Positions 8,507 to 19,389 are shown, counted from the first letter of the stretch. The stretch is 53,575 nucleotides of DNA from Gemmatimonadota bacterium (GCA_016209905.1 JACQVG010000117.1:1-53575); one strand, 5' to 3'. Made by a program: numbers and translations. Notes: a model not told the origin generated them from the sequence alone.

Positions 8507-9622
8507 GTGCCCGAGCGATCCCGGCCGGCCTACCTCCTCCTCGAAGACGACACATGGTACCGGGGCGCGACGAGCGCCCCGTTCGGCATCACGCCCGCCG
8601 AGGTCGTGTTCACGACCAACATGACCGGTTACCAGGAGGTGTTCACGGACCCCTCGTACGCCGGACAGATCGTGGTGATGACGGCGACGATGATAGGGAA
8701 CTACGGCATCAACGCCGAGGACATCGAGTCGGAGCGGCCGCGGGTCGCCGGCATCGTCGTCAGGGAACTCTCCCCTCTCGCCTCGTCGTGGCGAGCGAGC
8801 GGATCCCTCGACGCGTGGCTCGCCGAGAGGGACATCCCGGTGGTGAGCGAGGTGGATACGCGCCGGCTGACGCGGCACATCCGGGAGCGCGGCGCGATGC
8901 GAGGCGTGCTCGCCTGCGGGGAGGCGCCGTCCGACCAGGCGCGCCGAATCCTGGCCGCCGCACCGCGGATGGAAGGTCTCGATCTCGCCTCGACGGTCAC
9001 GTGCGAGGGGTTGGCGACCTATGGCCCAGAGGACGCTCGCTTCAGGGTCGCGGCCTACGACTACGGCATGAAGCGGAACATCCTGCGCCTGCTCACGGCC
9101 TCGGGTTGTCAGGTGACGGTGGCCCGGGCCGATACACCCGCCGCGGCGGTGCTCGAGCGCCGGCCGAACGGCATTTTCCTGTCGAACGGCCCCGGCGACC
9201 CGGCCGCCGTGCGCTACGCCCCACCGATCATTCGTGAACTCGCGGCGTCAGGGACGCCGATCTTCGGGATCTGCCTCGGCCACCAGCTCCTGGGACTGGC
9301 ATTTGGCGGTCGGACGGTCAAGCTCCCGTACGGCCATCGGGGCGGAAACCATCCCGTGAAGGACCTGGAGAGCGGCAGGGTTCTCATCACTTCCCAGAAC
9401 CACGGCTTTGCCGTTGACGGGGAGGTGGGCGGATCCGGGGTCCCGGGTGCCCCGCCACTTCAGGTTACGCACCGTAACCTCAATGACGGCACCGTTGAAG
9501 GTATCCGGCACCTCGAGCTGCCCATCTTCGCGGTTCAGTACCACCCCGAGGCGAGTCCCGGCCCGCACGACGCCCGGCCGCACTTCGCGGAGTTTGTCCG
9601 CATGATGTCCTCAACCCCTTGA
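8507..9622 (+). CDS. carA: carbamoyl-phosphate synthase small (glutaminase) subunit
   Basis: Lies within ORF 7805..9622. GTG 8507 is residue 235 of the track ORF. Motifs [24 protein letters not shown] (Cys nucleophile) and QYHPEA. Confidence 0.93.
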   Translation: MPERSRPAYLLLEDDTWYRGATSAPFGITPAEVVFTTNMTGYQEVFTDPSYAGQIVVMTATMIGNYGINAEDIESERPRVAGIVVRELSPLASSWRASGSLDAWLAERDIPVVSEVDTRRLTRHIRERGAMRGVLACGEAPSDQARRILAAAPRMEGLDLASTVTCEGLATYGPEDARFRVAAYDYGMKRNILRLLTASGCQVTVARADTPAAAVLERRPNGIFLSNGPGDPAAVRYAPPIIRELAASGTPIFGICLGHQLLGLAFGGRTVKLPYGHRGGNHPVKDLESGRVLITSQNHGFAVDGEVGGSGVPGAPPLQVTHRNLNDGTVEGIRHLELPIFAVQYHPEASPGPHDARPHFAEFVRMMSSTP

Positions 9623-9647
9623 CAGTCAACAAGGTAGCTTCCAGATT
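9619..9647 (+). promoter_or_regulatory. sigma70-like promoter for the HU/IHF gene (-35 TTGACA, 17 nt spacer, -10 CAGATT)
   Basis: A perfect TTGACA at 9619-9624 overlaps the carA stop, with CAGATT at 9642-9647. This predicts a leader of roughly 45 nt containing the hairpin at 9655-9672 and SD GGAGG at 9690-9694. Confidence 0.55.
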
Positions 9648-9654
9648 AGCCGCT

Positions 9655-9672
9655 CCGTCCCTTCCGGGACGG
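9655..9672 (+). other. 5' leader hairpin (7 bp stem, TTCC loop) upstream of the HU/IHF gene
   Basis: CCGTCCC-TTCC-GGGACGG pairs perfectly (9655-9661 with 9666-9672). It starts at about the predicted transcription start. Confidence 0.5.
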
Positions 9673-9699
9673 ACCCTTGAGCGGACGCTGGAGGCGCTG

Positions 9700-10017
9700 A
9701 TGACCAAGGCCGACCTGGTCGAGCGGGTGACGGCGCAGATTGCGCGGACGGCCGGTCCGATGATCAGCAAGAAAGACTGTGCCCGCGTTGTAGATAGCTT
9801 CCTCGACGCGGTGAAGGATGCGCTGTCGGATCAGCGAAACATCGAGATTCGCGGCTTCGGGACGTTCAAGATCCGGAGCCGCAAGACGAGAATGGCGCGC
9901 AACCCCCGCACCGGTGACCCGGTGGAAGTGGCGGCCCGCCCGGTCCCGGTGTTCAAGCCCAGCAAGGAGTTGCGGGCGATGGTCGCGGAGCGCGAGGAGA
10001 TGGCGCCGAAGCCCTGA
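9700..10017 (+). CDS. HU/IHF family DNA-binding protein
   Basis: Lies within ORF 9619..10017. ATG 9700 is preceded by GGAGG at 9690-9694. Contains the arm motif RGFGTFKIRSRKTRMARNPRTGDPVEV. Confidence 0.88.
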   Translation: MTKADLVERVTAQIARTAGPMISKKDCARVVDSFLDAVKDALSDQRNIEIRGFGTFKIRSRKTRMARNPRTGDPVEVAARPVPVFKPSKELRAMVAEREEMAPKP

Positions 10018-10071
10018 CGCCACGCCGCGCGTCCCGGAGCCGAGGCCGCGCGTTCGCACTTTCCCACCCAA

Positions 10072-10099
10072 GGTCGGCGCTTGCCGGGGCCGACCTTTT
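10072..10099 (+). terminator. putative rho-independent terminator after the HU/IHF gene
   Basis: GGTCGGC (10072-10078) pairs with GCCGACC (10089-10095) and is followed by TTTT (10096-10099), about 55 nt after the stop. The loop is 10 nt, and an alternative CGGC-GCTT-GCCG tetraloop fold is possible. Confidence 0.5.
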
Positions 10100-10190
10100 G
10101 GTTGGCGGCCGGTGAGCCTGGGTGGAGGTGCTCACCCTCGCGCGGTGCGTGCCTCGGCGCCGTGAAGCAACCCGAACTCGACCCGGAGTG

Positions 10191-11996
10191 ATGATGATCT
10201 CTTGGCGCGGTCTGGTGCTCCTCGTGGCATTGCCGAGCGCGGCGGGCGCGCAAGAGGCGCGCTACCGCGTGGACGTGCGGAACCCCGCCGAGGACGTTTT
10301 CCGCGTGCGGGCGGAGTTCTCGGTGCCGCCCGGGAGGGATTCGTTCCTGGTTTCCCTCCCCGCGTGGACGACGGGCTCGTACAGGATCGAGAACTACGCG
10401 AGGCACGTCCACGGCTTCAGCGCACGGACGCCCGATGGCCGGAATCTCTTCTGGGAGAAGGTGGACAAGGATACTTGGCGCATCGCCACCGGCGGCGCGC
10501 GACAGGTGGTCGTGGAGCTGCTGACGAATCCCGACTCCTTCGATCTGGCCATGAGCCAGATCAGCCCGGACTTCGCCTTCTTCAACGGCACGAACTTGTT
10601 CCTGTATCCCGAAGGGACCGACTACGCCTTTTCGGCCGAGGTCACGGTCGAGGTCCCGGAAGGATGGCGCATCGCCACCGGCCTGCCCCAGGCGGGCGCG
10701 CCCGGTCGCTACCGCGCTGCCAACTATCACGACCTGGTGGACGCCCCATTTTTCCTGGGCCGGCTCGCGTCGGACAGCGTGGAGGTGGACGGACGGACGA
10801 TCCGATTCGCGATCTATCCCGACTCGGCGCTCACTCCGGCCGTCTGGGACAGCGTCAGCGACGCCATCCGACGCATCGCGACGGTGCAGAACCGCATCTT
10901 CGGCGGGCCGCCGTACGACGCTTACACCGTGCTCTTTTTCGCCCCGTTCACTGACATGCAGTGGGGCGGGGGGCTCGAGCACCACAACTCGCAGTTCGAC
11001 GCCATCGCGGGCCCGTTCTTTGCCCCGGATCGCCGGACGGGGCGGCTGGGGGACTTCGTTCGTCCTCTGCTGTCGCACGAATTCTTTCACCTCTGGAACG
11101 TCAAGCGGATTCGCCCGGCGGAGCTGTGGCCGTACGACTATTCCCGGGAGCAGTACACGCCACTGCTCTGGTGGTCCGAAGGCGTCACGGACTACTTCGG
11201 GGACGTCACCCTGGCGCGCGCCGGCATGTGGAGCGTCGAGCGCTTCCTCGGAAGCATGAACGGCAACGTCCAGCAGGTGGAGGTCGCGGCCGAGATCGTC
11301 TCGGTGGAGGACGCGAGCATCAACACCTGGATCCACCCGACCTTCGTGAACGAGTCGCAGTACTACTACCCGAAGGGCGCCCTCCTCGGTCTGATGCTCG
11401 ACATCCAGATCCGGGATGCGACGGGCAACCAGCACAACCTGGACGAGATCATTCGCGGGCTGTACACGAGCTACCATTTGCGCGGGCGTGGCTTCACGAC
11501 GCAGGATCTGCTGGGCCTGATCCGGCCCTGGTTCCGGGGCGTGGACGACTTCTACGCGCGCTACATCAATGGGCGCGAGCCATTGCCGTACGAGGCCGTC
11601 CTGCCGCGCGGCGGCATCGCGGTCCAGCGACGCGAGATCAAGACGGCGATCGTGGGCGTGCAGACGTCGTCCGCGCGCGAGGGCGGAGTCGTGATTGATG
11701 CCGTCACGCCAGGCTCGCTGGCGGCCTCCGTCGGCTTGGAGCCCGGCGACGTGCTTCTGCGCATGGGGGACGTTGTCGCCACCAACCCTCAGAGGTGGGG
11801 AGCGATGTACCGGGCGCGCTACCAGAACAGCGAGGGTCAGCCGATCGATGTCGTCCTGCGCCGCGACGGGCGGGAGATGACGCGGCGTGGAACCGTACGG
11901 GTGCACACCAGCCGCGCCTATCAGATCTCCCGCGACCCCGCTGCTGCGCCGGCGGCGGCGGCAATCCTGGCCGGAATCACGGGCGCCGTAAGGTAG
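10191..11996 (+). CDS. M61 family metallopeptidase with C-terminal PDZ domain (secreted)
   Basis: Lies within ORF 10122..11996. ATG 10191 gives a signal peptide MMISWRGLVLLVALPSAAGAQE. HExxH occurs in SHEFFHLWN, and a PDZ-like GVVIDAVTPGSLAASVGLEPGDVLL lies near the C-terminus. Confidence 0.8.
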   Translation: MMISWRGLVLLVALPSAAGAQEARYRVDVRNPAEDVFRVRAEFSVPPGRDSFLVSLPAWTTGSYRIENYARHVHGFSARTPDGRNLFWEKVDKDTWRIATGGARQVVVELLTNPDSFDLAMSQISPDFAFFNGTNLFLYPEGTDYAFSAEVTVEVPEGWRIATGLPQAGAPGRYRAANYHDLVDAPFFLGRLASDSVEVDGRTIRFAIYPDSALTPAVWDSVSDAIRRIATVQNRIFGGPPYDAYTVLFFAPFTDMQWGGGLEHHNSQFDAIAGPFFAPDRRTGRLGDFVRPLLSHEFFHLWNVKRIRPAELWPYDYSREQYTPLLWWSEGVTDYFGDVTLARAGMWSVERFLGSMNGNVQQVEVAAEIVSVEDASINTWIHPTFVNESQYYYPKGALLGLMLDIQIRDATGNQHNLDEIIRGLYTSYHLRGRGFTTQDLLGLIRPWFRGVDDFYARYINGREPLPYEAVLPRGGIAVQRREIKTAIVGVQTSSAREGGVVIDAVTPGSLAASVGLEPGDVLLRMGDVVATNPQRWGAMYRARYQNSEGQPIDVVLRRDGREMTRRGTVRVHTSRAYQISRDPAAAPAAAAILAGITGAVR

Positions 11997-12016
11997 CTCG
12001 GAGTGCGGAGGCGGCG

Positions 12017-12259
12017 GTGCGGGTGACGATCAGGTTGTTCGCCTCCTATGCTGAGGCGTTCGGTCGCGAAGCCCTGTCCCTGGACCTCGGGGACGGCGCG
12101 ACCGTGGCGGACTGCCTCGCGCTGCTCCGTGCCGAGCCCGCGGCGGCTCGGCTCCCGCCGTCCCCTCTTGTCGCGGTGAACCAGCGGTACGCCAGGCCCG
12201 AGGCCGCCCTGGCGGAGGGAGACGAGGTCGCCCTGATCCCCCCCGTGGCCGGCGGCTGA
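12017..12259 (+). CDS. moaD: molybdopterin synthase sulfur-carrier subunit MoaD (ThiS/MoaD family)
   Basis: Lies within ORF 11795..12259. Start is GTG 12017 or 12023 (VRVTIRLFASYAE). About 80 aa, with the C-terminus ending in the diagnostic ...PPVAGG. Confidence 0.85.
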   Translation: MRVTIRLFASYAEAFGREALSLDLGDGATVADCLALLRAEPAAARLPPSPLVAVNQRYARPEAALAEGDEVALIPPVAGG

Positions 12260-12305
12260 GTCGCCCGGATCTCCGCCTCCAGCACGCTGGCGCCGCGCAG
12301 TTTGC

Positions 12306-12335
12306 TTGCAGACGGCTGCGCGACTCGCTAAGTAT
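12306..12335 (+). promoter_or_regulatory. sigma70-like promoter for moaE-moaA (-35 TTGCAG, -10 TAAGTAT region)
   Basis: TTGCAG at 12306-12311. The -10 is TAAGTA at 12329-12334 (17 nt spacer) or AAGTAT at 12330-12335 (18 nt). ATG 12343 lies 8-9 nt downstream. Confidence 0.4.
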
Positions 12336-12342
12336 CACGTTG

Positions 12343-12754
12343 ATGAGCTCTTGGCTGACTGAACGCCCCATCGAGCTGGCGCGTGTGATCGCTTGCGCTG
12401 CCGCGGACAGTTGCGGCGGGACGGCGGTTTTTCTGGGCACCGTCCGGCGGGGCCCGGAGGACGGCGAGATCGAGGGAATCGAGTACTCGGCCTACGAAGA
12501 GATGGCCGAGGCGGAGTTCGAGCGGATCGTCGCAGAGGTGCGCGAGCGGTGGCCGATGGCCAAGGTGGCGCTCGAGCACCGGCTAGGTTACGTCCCGACC
12601 GGTGAGCCGAGCATCGCGATTGCGGCCTCGGCACCCCACCGCGCGGAGGCCTTTGCGGCCTGCCGCTACGTGATCGAGGAAACCAAGGCCCGCGTGCCTC
12701 TCTTCAAGAGGGAGCGCCTCGTCTCGGGCGGCGCGCGATGGGTCGGGGCCTCCC

Positions 12755-12762
<8 letters not shown>
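12343..12762 (+). CDS. moaE: molybdopterin synthase catalytic subunit MoaE
   Basis: ORF 12340..12762 (TTG 12340 or ATG 12343). MoaE-like sequences GGTAVFLGTVR, EYSAYEEMA and PLFKRE. Adjacent to moaD and moaA. Confidence 0.85.
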
Positions 12763-14753
<1,991 letters not shown>

Positions 14754-14828
14754 GGGCGTCAACGGCGAACGGGTGGCGCGGACTCGGGGCCCGATGACGG
14801 CCGCCAGCTCCATGGCCGCGGGCGGGAT

Positions 14829-15620
14829 GTGATGACGACGACCGTGAGAGACATCCGCGAGCAGGGCCTCGGGCGGACGCTGCGCCGGGATGCCTGGTGG
14901 ATGGCGCCGCTGGCGACCGCGGTCGTGCTGGGCGCCTTCGGAATTTACGCGACGTGGGTGGCGTGGATCGATCGCCAGTACCAGTGGGGCCCTTACCTCT
15001 CCCCCTTCTACTCACCCTTCTTCGAGCCTTCCTGGTGGCCGCTCTCCCCGGCGTTTCTCATCCTCTGGGTACCGCTGGGGTTCCGCGCCACCTGCTACTA
15101 CTACCGGAAGGCGTACTACCGCGCCTTCTTCATGGACCCGCCCGCCTGCGCGGTCGGCGAGGCGCGGCACGCCTACAAGGGGGAAACGGCGCTGTTCGTC
15201 CTGCAGAACGTGCACCGCTTCTTCCTCTACCTCGCCATCCTGCTGGTGTTCATCCTCGCGTACGACGTGGTGCTGGCCACCCGGTGGCCCGTGGCCGGGG
15301 TCGCTCCGGCGGGGGAAGCGGCGCTGGGGCCGCGGGAGTTCGGGATCGGCGTGGGCACGGTGGTGATGGCGGTGAACGTCGTCCTGCTCGGCATCTATAC
15401 GTTCTCGTGCCATTCGTTGCGGCACCTCGTCGGCGGCCGCACGGACTGCTATTCCTGCACCACGTTCGGGAGGACGCGCTACCGGCTGTGGCGAGGCGTC
15501 ACGGCGTTGAACGAGCAACACATGCTGTGGGCGTGGACGTCGCTGTTCTCCGTCGGCCTGACGGACGTCTACATCCGCCTCTGCGCCGCCGGCGTCATCA
15601 CGGACCTGCGGCTGCTGTGA
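14829..15620 (+). CDS. succinate dehydrogenase/fumarate reductase membrane anchor (cytochrome b-like; actinobacterial Rv0249c-like type)
   Basis: ORF 14829..15620. Has several hydrophobic helices with conserved-looking His residues (RHAYKG, NVHRFF, CHSLRH, EQHMLW). GTGA-coupled to sdhA. The family assignment is from memory and context only. Confidence 0.6.
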   Translation: MMTTTVRDIREQGLGRTLRRDAWWMAPLATAVVLGAFGIYATWVAWIDRQYQWGPYLSPFYSPFFEPSWWPLSPAFLILWVPLGFRATCYYYRKAYYRAFFMDPPACAVGEARHAYKGETALFVLQNVHRFFLYLAILLVFILAYDVVLATRWPVAGVAPAGEAALGPREFGIGVGTVVMAVNVVLLGIYTFSCHSLRHLVGGRTDCYSCTTFGRTRYRLWRGVTALNEQHMLWAWTSLFSVGLTDVYIRLCAAGVITDLRLL

Positions 15621-17419
15621 CGGCCGTCCTCGAGACCAGGGACCACGACGTGATCGTGGTCGGCGCCGGCGGGGCGGGGCTGCGGGCCGCGATCGAGGCC
15701 CGGGCGCGGGGTGCGAGCGTCGGGCTGATCTGCAAGTCGCTGCTGGGCAAGGCGCACACCGTCATGGCCGAGGGCGGCGTCGCCGCCGCGCTGGCCACGG
15801 TCCGGCCGGAGGACGACTGGCGGACGCATTTCCGGGACACGATGCGCGGCGGCAAGATGCACGGCAGTTGGCGAATGGCGCAGATCCATACCCAGGAGGC
15901 TCCCGACCGCGTCCGCGAGCTGGAGGCGTGGGGCGCGCTGTTCGACCGCACCGAGGACGGCCGGATCAGCCAGCGTCCCTTCGGCGGCCATACCCACGCG
16001 CGCCTCGCGCACGTCGGCGACCGGACCGGGCTCGAGATGATCCGGGTGCTCCAGGACCGAGCCATCCACTCCGGCGTGGAGGTATACATGGAGTGCACGG
16101 TCATCCGGCTCCTCGTGGCTGCGGGGCGGGTGACCGGCGCCCTCGCGTACCGGCGCGAGAACGGTCGCTTCATCGTCTTTCGCGCGCACGCCGTCGTGCT
16201 GTCCACCGGCGGCATCGGCAAAGGTTGGCAGATCACCAGCAACTCGTGGGAGTACACGGGCGACGGCCATGCGCTCGCCTACTGGGCGGGTGCCGAGCTG
16301 ATTGACATGGAGTTCGTGCAGTTTCACCCCACCGGCATGGTCTGGCCGCCGAGCGTGCGAGGGATTCTGGTGACCGAGGGCGTCCGTGGCGAGGGCGGGG
16401 TGCTCCGGAATGCCCGCGGCAGACGGTTCATGTTCGACTACGTCCCGGACATCTACCAGGGAGACTACGCCGAGACGGAGGAGGAGTCCGACCGGTGGGT
16501 GACGGGAGACCGCACCCGAAACCGGCGGCCGCCGGAGCTTTTGACGCGTGACGACGTGGCCCGGGCCATCACGAGGGAGATCGCGGAGGGTCGCGGGAGC
16601 CCGCACGGCGGGGTCTTCCTCGACATCGCCTCCAAGCGCGACCCCGATTACATCAAGCGCAAGCTGCCCAGCATGTATCACCAGTTCAGAGAGCTCGCCG
16701 GCGTGGACATCACGACCGATGCGATGGAGGTCGGGCCGACGACGCACTACGTCATGGGAGGCGTCAAGGTGGACGCGGAAACTCAGGAGTCCACCGTGCC
16801 CGGTCTCTTCGCGGCCGGGGAGGTCGCCGGCGGACTGCACGGTGCGAACCGGCTCGGCGGCAATTCCCTGAGCGATCTGCTCGTGTTCGGCCGGCGCGCG
16901 GGCCTGGCTGCGGCCGAGTTCGCGAGGCGGCAGGGCGCCCACGCGCCGGTGGACCAGGCGGAGTGCGACGCCGTCGTCTCCGGGTCGCTGGCCGGCTTCG
17001 GGCGCGTCGACGGCGAGAATCCGTTCGCCCTGTTGGCGGAGCTGCAGGCGCTGATGCAGCGCCATGCCGGCATCGCGCGGGACCGATCGGGGCTCGATGC
17101 GGCGCTGACGGGCCTGGGGGCGCTGGGGCGCAGAGCCGAGCGAGCGAGCATCCCGGGCGCCCGCGAGTACAACCCGAGCTGGCACACCGCCCTGGATCTG
17201 CGATCGCTCCTCGTCGTCACGGAAGCGTGCGCACGCGCGGCACTCGAGCGCACCGAGAGCCGCGGCGGGCACGCCCGCACCGATTACCCGAACAGCGACG
17301 GGGCGCTCGAGCGCATGCAGGTGGTGATCCGGAGGGACGGAGGAGCGATGACCGTTAGGCGCGAGCCGCAGCCGGAGATCCCGCCGGAGCTGATGCGCAT
17401 CATCAGGGAGGGCGTGTAG
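15617..17419 (+). CDS. sdhA: succinate dehydrogenase/fumarate reductase flavoprotein subunit
   Basis: Lies within ORF 14897..17419. GTG 15617 is residue 241 of the track ORF. Motifs VIVVGAGGAGLRAA, KAHTVMAEGG (FAD-linking His region), HYVMGG and ESRGGHAR. Confidence 0.95.
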   Translation: MTAVLETRDHDVIVVGAGGAGLRAAIEARARGASVGLICKSLLGKAHTVMAEGGVAAALATVRPEDDWRTHFRDTMRGGKMHGSWRMAQIHTQEAPDRVRELEAWGALFDRTEDGRISQRPFGGHTHARLAHVGDRTGLEMIRVLQDRAIHSGVEVYMECTVIRLLVAAGRVTGALAYRRENGRFIVFRAHAVVLSTGGIGKGWQITSNSWEYTGDGHALAYWAGAELIDMEFVQFHPTGMVWPPSVRGILVTEGVRGEGGVLRNARGRRFMFDYVPDIYQGDYAETEEESDRWVTGDRTRNRRPPELLTRDDVARAITREIAEGRGSPHGGVFLDIASKRDPDYIKRKLPSMYHQFRELAGVDITTDAMEVGPTTHYVMGGVKVDAETQESTVPGLFAAGEVAGGLHGANRLGGNSLSDLLVFGRRAGLAAAEFARRQGAHAPVDQAECDAVVSGSLAGFGRVDGENPFALLAELQALMQRHAGIARDRSGLDAALTGLGALGRRAERASIPGAREYNPSWHTALDLRSLLVVTEACARAALERTESRGGHARTDYPNSDGALERMQVVIRRDGGAMTVRREPQPEIPPELMRIIREGV

Positions 17420-17420
17420 C

Positions 17421-18164
17421 GTGGCGATGCGGCGGTTCGAGGTCTTCCGCGGGACCCGTGAGGCCGGTGCGCTCCAGGAGTACGGAGTCGAGTGCGACGA
17501 GGGGATGGTGGTGCTGGACGCCATGCATCGGCTCCAGGCCGACCAGGCACCGGACATGGCGGTGCGGTGGAATTGCAAGGCGGGCAAGTGCGGGTCGTGC
17601 AGCGCGGAGATCAACGGCAGCCCGCGGCTGATGTGCATGACCCGGCTGTCGGACTACCCGGAGGACCGGCCCATCACGGTCACGCCGATGCGGGCCTTCC
17701 CGCTCGTGAGGGATCTGGTGACGGATGTCTCCTGGAATTACGAGATGAGCCGACGCATCCCGCCGTTCCAGCCGCGCGCGCCGGACAACCCGGACGGCAC
17801 GTGGCGGATGTACCAGTACGAAGTGGAGCGTCCCCAGGAGTTCCGGAAGTGCATCGAGTGCTTCCTGTGCCAAGACGTGTGTCACGTGCTCCGGACGCAC
17901 GGCAAGCACGCCGAGTTCATCGGACCGGCCTTTCTGGTGCGGGCGGCGGCGTACGAGCTGCACCCCCTCGACATGGCGGACCGGACCGGCTACCTCAAAG
18001 ACGAGGGCGGGATCGGCTACTGCAACATCACCAAGTGCTGTACCGAGGTCTGCCCCGAAGACATCCGGATCACCGATAACGCGATCATCCCCCTCAAGGA
18101 GCGCGTGGTGGACGCGCACTACGACCCGATCGCCAGGCTGCTCGGGAGGCTGTTCGCGCGATGA
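17421..18164 (+). CDS. sdhB: succinate dehydrogenase/fumarate reductase iron-sulfur subunit
   Basis: ORF 17421..18164 (GTG 17421 or ATG 17427). Cluster motifs CKAGKCGSCSAEING, CIECFLCQDVC and CTEVCP. Confidence 0.93.
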   Translation: MAMRRFEVFRGTREAGALQEYGVECDEGMVVLDAMHRLQADQAPDMAVRWNCKAGKCGSCSAEINGSPRLMCMTRLSDYPEDRPITVTPMRAFPLVRDLVTDVSWNYEMSRRIPPFQPRAPDNPDGTWRMYQYEVERPQEFRKCIECFLCQDVCHVLRTHGKHAEFIGPAFLVRAAAYELHPLDMADRTGYLKDEGGIGYCNITKCCTEVCPEDIRITDNAIIPLKERVVDAHYDPIARLLGRLFAR

Positions 18165-18457
18165 CGACCGAACGCAAGGTCATCATGGGGTGGGTGAAGG
18201 TCTGCGTGGCTCCCGAGATCTTCAACTCCCGGTGCGACGAGGTGCTGCTGCAGCGGGAGAAGCAGTACCTGGCGAGCCTCCAGCGCTCCGGCGAGATCCT
18301 GCTCTCCGGCCCCCTCGCAGACGGCTCGGCGGGGCTGGTGGTGTACGACGTGCAGTCCTTCAAGGAGGCCCAGCACATGGTCGAAGAGCAGCCGATGGTC
18401 CGTGCGGGGCTGCTGTCCGTCGAGCTCAAGGAGATGTTCGCCGTCACCTACGGGTAG
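18161..18457 (+). CDS. YciI-like protein
   Basis: ORF 18161..18457, 98 aa. ATGA overlap with the sdhB stop. Size and pattern match the YciI/DGPF alpha-beta fold (LLSGPLADGSAGLVVYDVQSFKEAQHMVEEQPMVRAGLL). Confidence 0.65.
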   Translation: MTTERKVIMGWVKVCVAPEIFNSRCDEVLLQREKQYLASLQRSGEILLSGPLADGSAGLVVYDVQSFKEAQHMVEEQPMVRAGLLSVELKEMFAVTYG

Positions 18458-18491
18458 GGAGCCGGAGCAGCGACCGCGGCGGGAGAGGCCC

Positions 18492-18872
18492 ATGGACGCC
18501 ACACCGAAGAAGCTTCTCGTCGTAGGGGACCGGGTCCTCATCGCTCCCGAAGAGGGGGAGGAGCGCACGCGCGTCGGGCTCTACCTGCCGCAGACCGCGC
18601 TCGACGCGCTCGCCGTGCAGGGGGGCCGGATCCTCGCCACCGGTCCCGGCACGCCGGTCTCCGAGCCGGCGAGCCTCGAGGAGGAGCCGTGGAAGATCGG
18701 CGCGCGGGAGGGCGGCCGTTTCATGCCGATGCAAGCGCGCGTGGGCGACTACGCGCTATTCTTCCGCAAGGCGGCGGTCGAGATCACCTTCGAGGGGAAG
18801 AACTACCTGGTCGTGCCCCAGGCAGCGATCCTGATCCTGGTGCGACACCAAGAGGAAGACGACGACCCCTAG
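18492..18872 (+). CDS. GroES (Cpn10) family protein, divergent, no adjacent groEL
   Basis: Lies within ORF 18402..18872. ATG 18492 is preceded by GGGAGAGG. Contains LLVVGDRVLIAPEE..VGLYLP...GRILATGPG...VGDYALFF...EITFEGKNYLVVPQAAILILV, which follows the GroES pattern with insertions. Confidence 0.6.
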   Translation: MDATPKKLLVVGDRVLIAPEEGEERTRVGLYLPQTALDALAVQGGRILATGPGTPVSEPASLEEEPWKIGAREGGRFMPMQARVGDYALFFRKAAVEITFEGKNYLVVPQAAILILVRHQEEDDDP

Positions 18873-18909
18873 GTCGAACGTCGAAATACCGTTCACGCGG
18901 GAGCTCGGA

Positions 18910-19389
18910 TTGACGGCCACACGCTACACTCGTGAAGACCTCGGGACGATTTACATGCCGATCGGCCGAATGTTGCAGATCGATCGTGTCGCCGATGTGG
19001 ACGGCGAGCACATCGTGTGCGAGATGGACGTGGGGTCGGGGCACTGGGTCTTCCCGCTCCACTTCCCCGGCGATCCCATTTTTCCCGGGTCGCTGCTGAT
19101 CGAAGCGGCGGGACAGGTCGTCGCCATTTGGGGCTGGCACTCGGGGCTCAGGGGGAAGCCGCGCCTGGCGAGGGTCAGCGCCGCGTTCGAGCAGCCGGTG
19201 CTGCCGCACGACCAGCGTCTCACGCTTCGGGCGACGGTTCGCCGCCGCGGGCGAATCTGCCTCGGAACGGTCGAAATCGCGGCCTCGGGGCGTCGTGTGG
19301 CCACGGTGGAGCCGGTCATCGCCATCGTGCGTGATGTCGGCCACGCGGAGCGAGCGTCCCGAGACGGCCTCCACGGCGCCGCGCTGTGA
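18910..19389 (+). CDS. FabA-like 3-hydroxyacyl-ACP dehydratase family (hotdog fold) protein
   Basis: ORF 18910..19389 starting at TTG. RYTREDL, MLQIDRV and HFPGDPIFPGSLLIEAAGQVVAIWGW..GKPRLARVSAAFEQPVLP parallel E. coli FabA (recalled from memory). Glu replaces the FabA Asp. Confidence 0.7.
   Translation: MTATRYTREDLGTIYMPIGRMLQIDRVADVDGEHIVCEMDVGSGHWVFPLHFPGDPIFPGSLLIEAAGQVVAIWGWHSGLRGKPRLARVSAAFEQPVLPHDQRLTLRATVRRRGRICLGTVEIAASGRRVATVEPVIAIVRDVGHAERASRDGLHGAAL

Noticed and set aside
9831-11906. A 691-aa minus-strand ORF.
   Set aside because: It is antisense to the M61 peptidase, which carries HExxH, PDZ and a signal peptide. It has no motifs of its own.
11997-12339. A possible Moco riboswitch upstream of the moa genes.
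   Set aside because: The available non-coding stretches are only about 20 nt (before moaD) and 80 nt (before moaE). That is too short for the Moco RNA motif of about 130 nt as I recall it, and I saw no matching conserved stems.
15569-17638. A 689-aa minus-strand ORF.
   Set aside because: It is antisense to sdhA and sdhB. The same GC-shadow argument applies.
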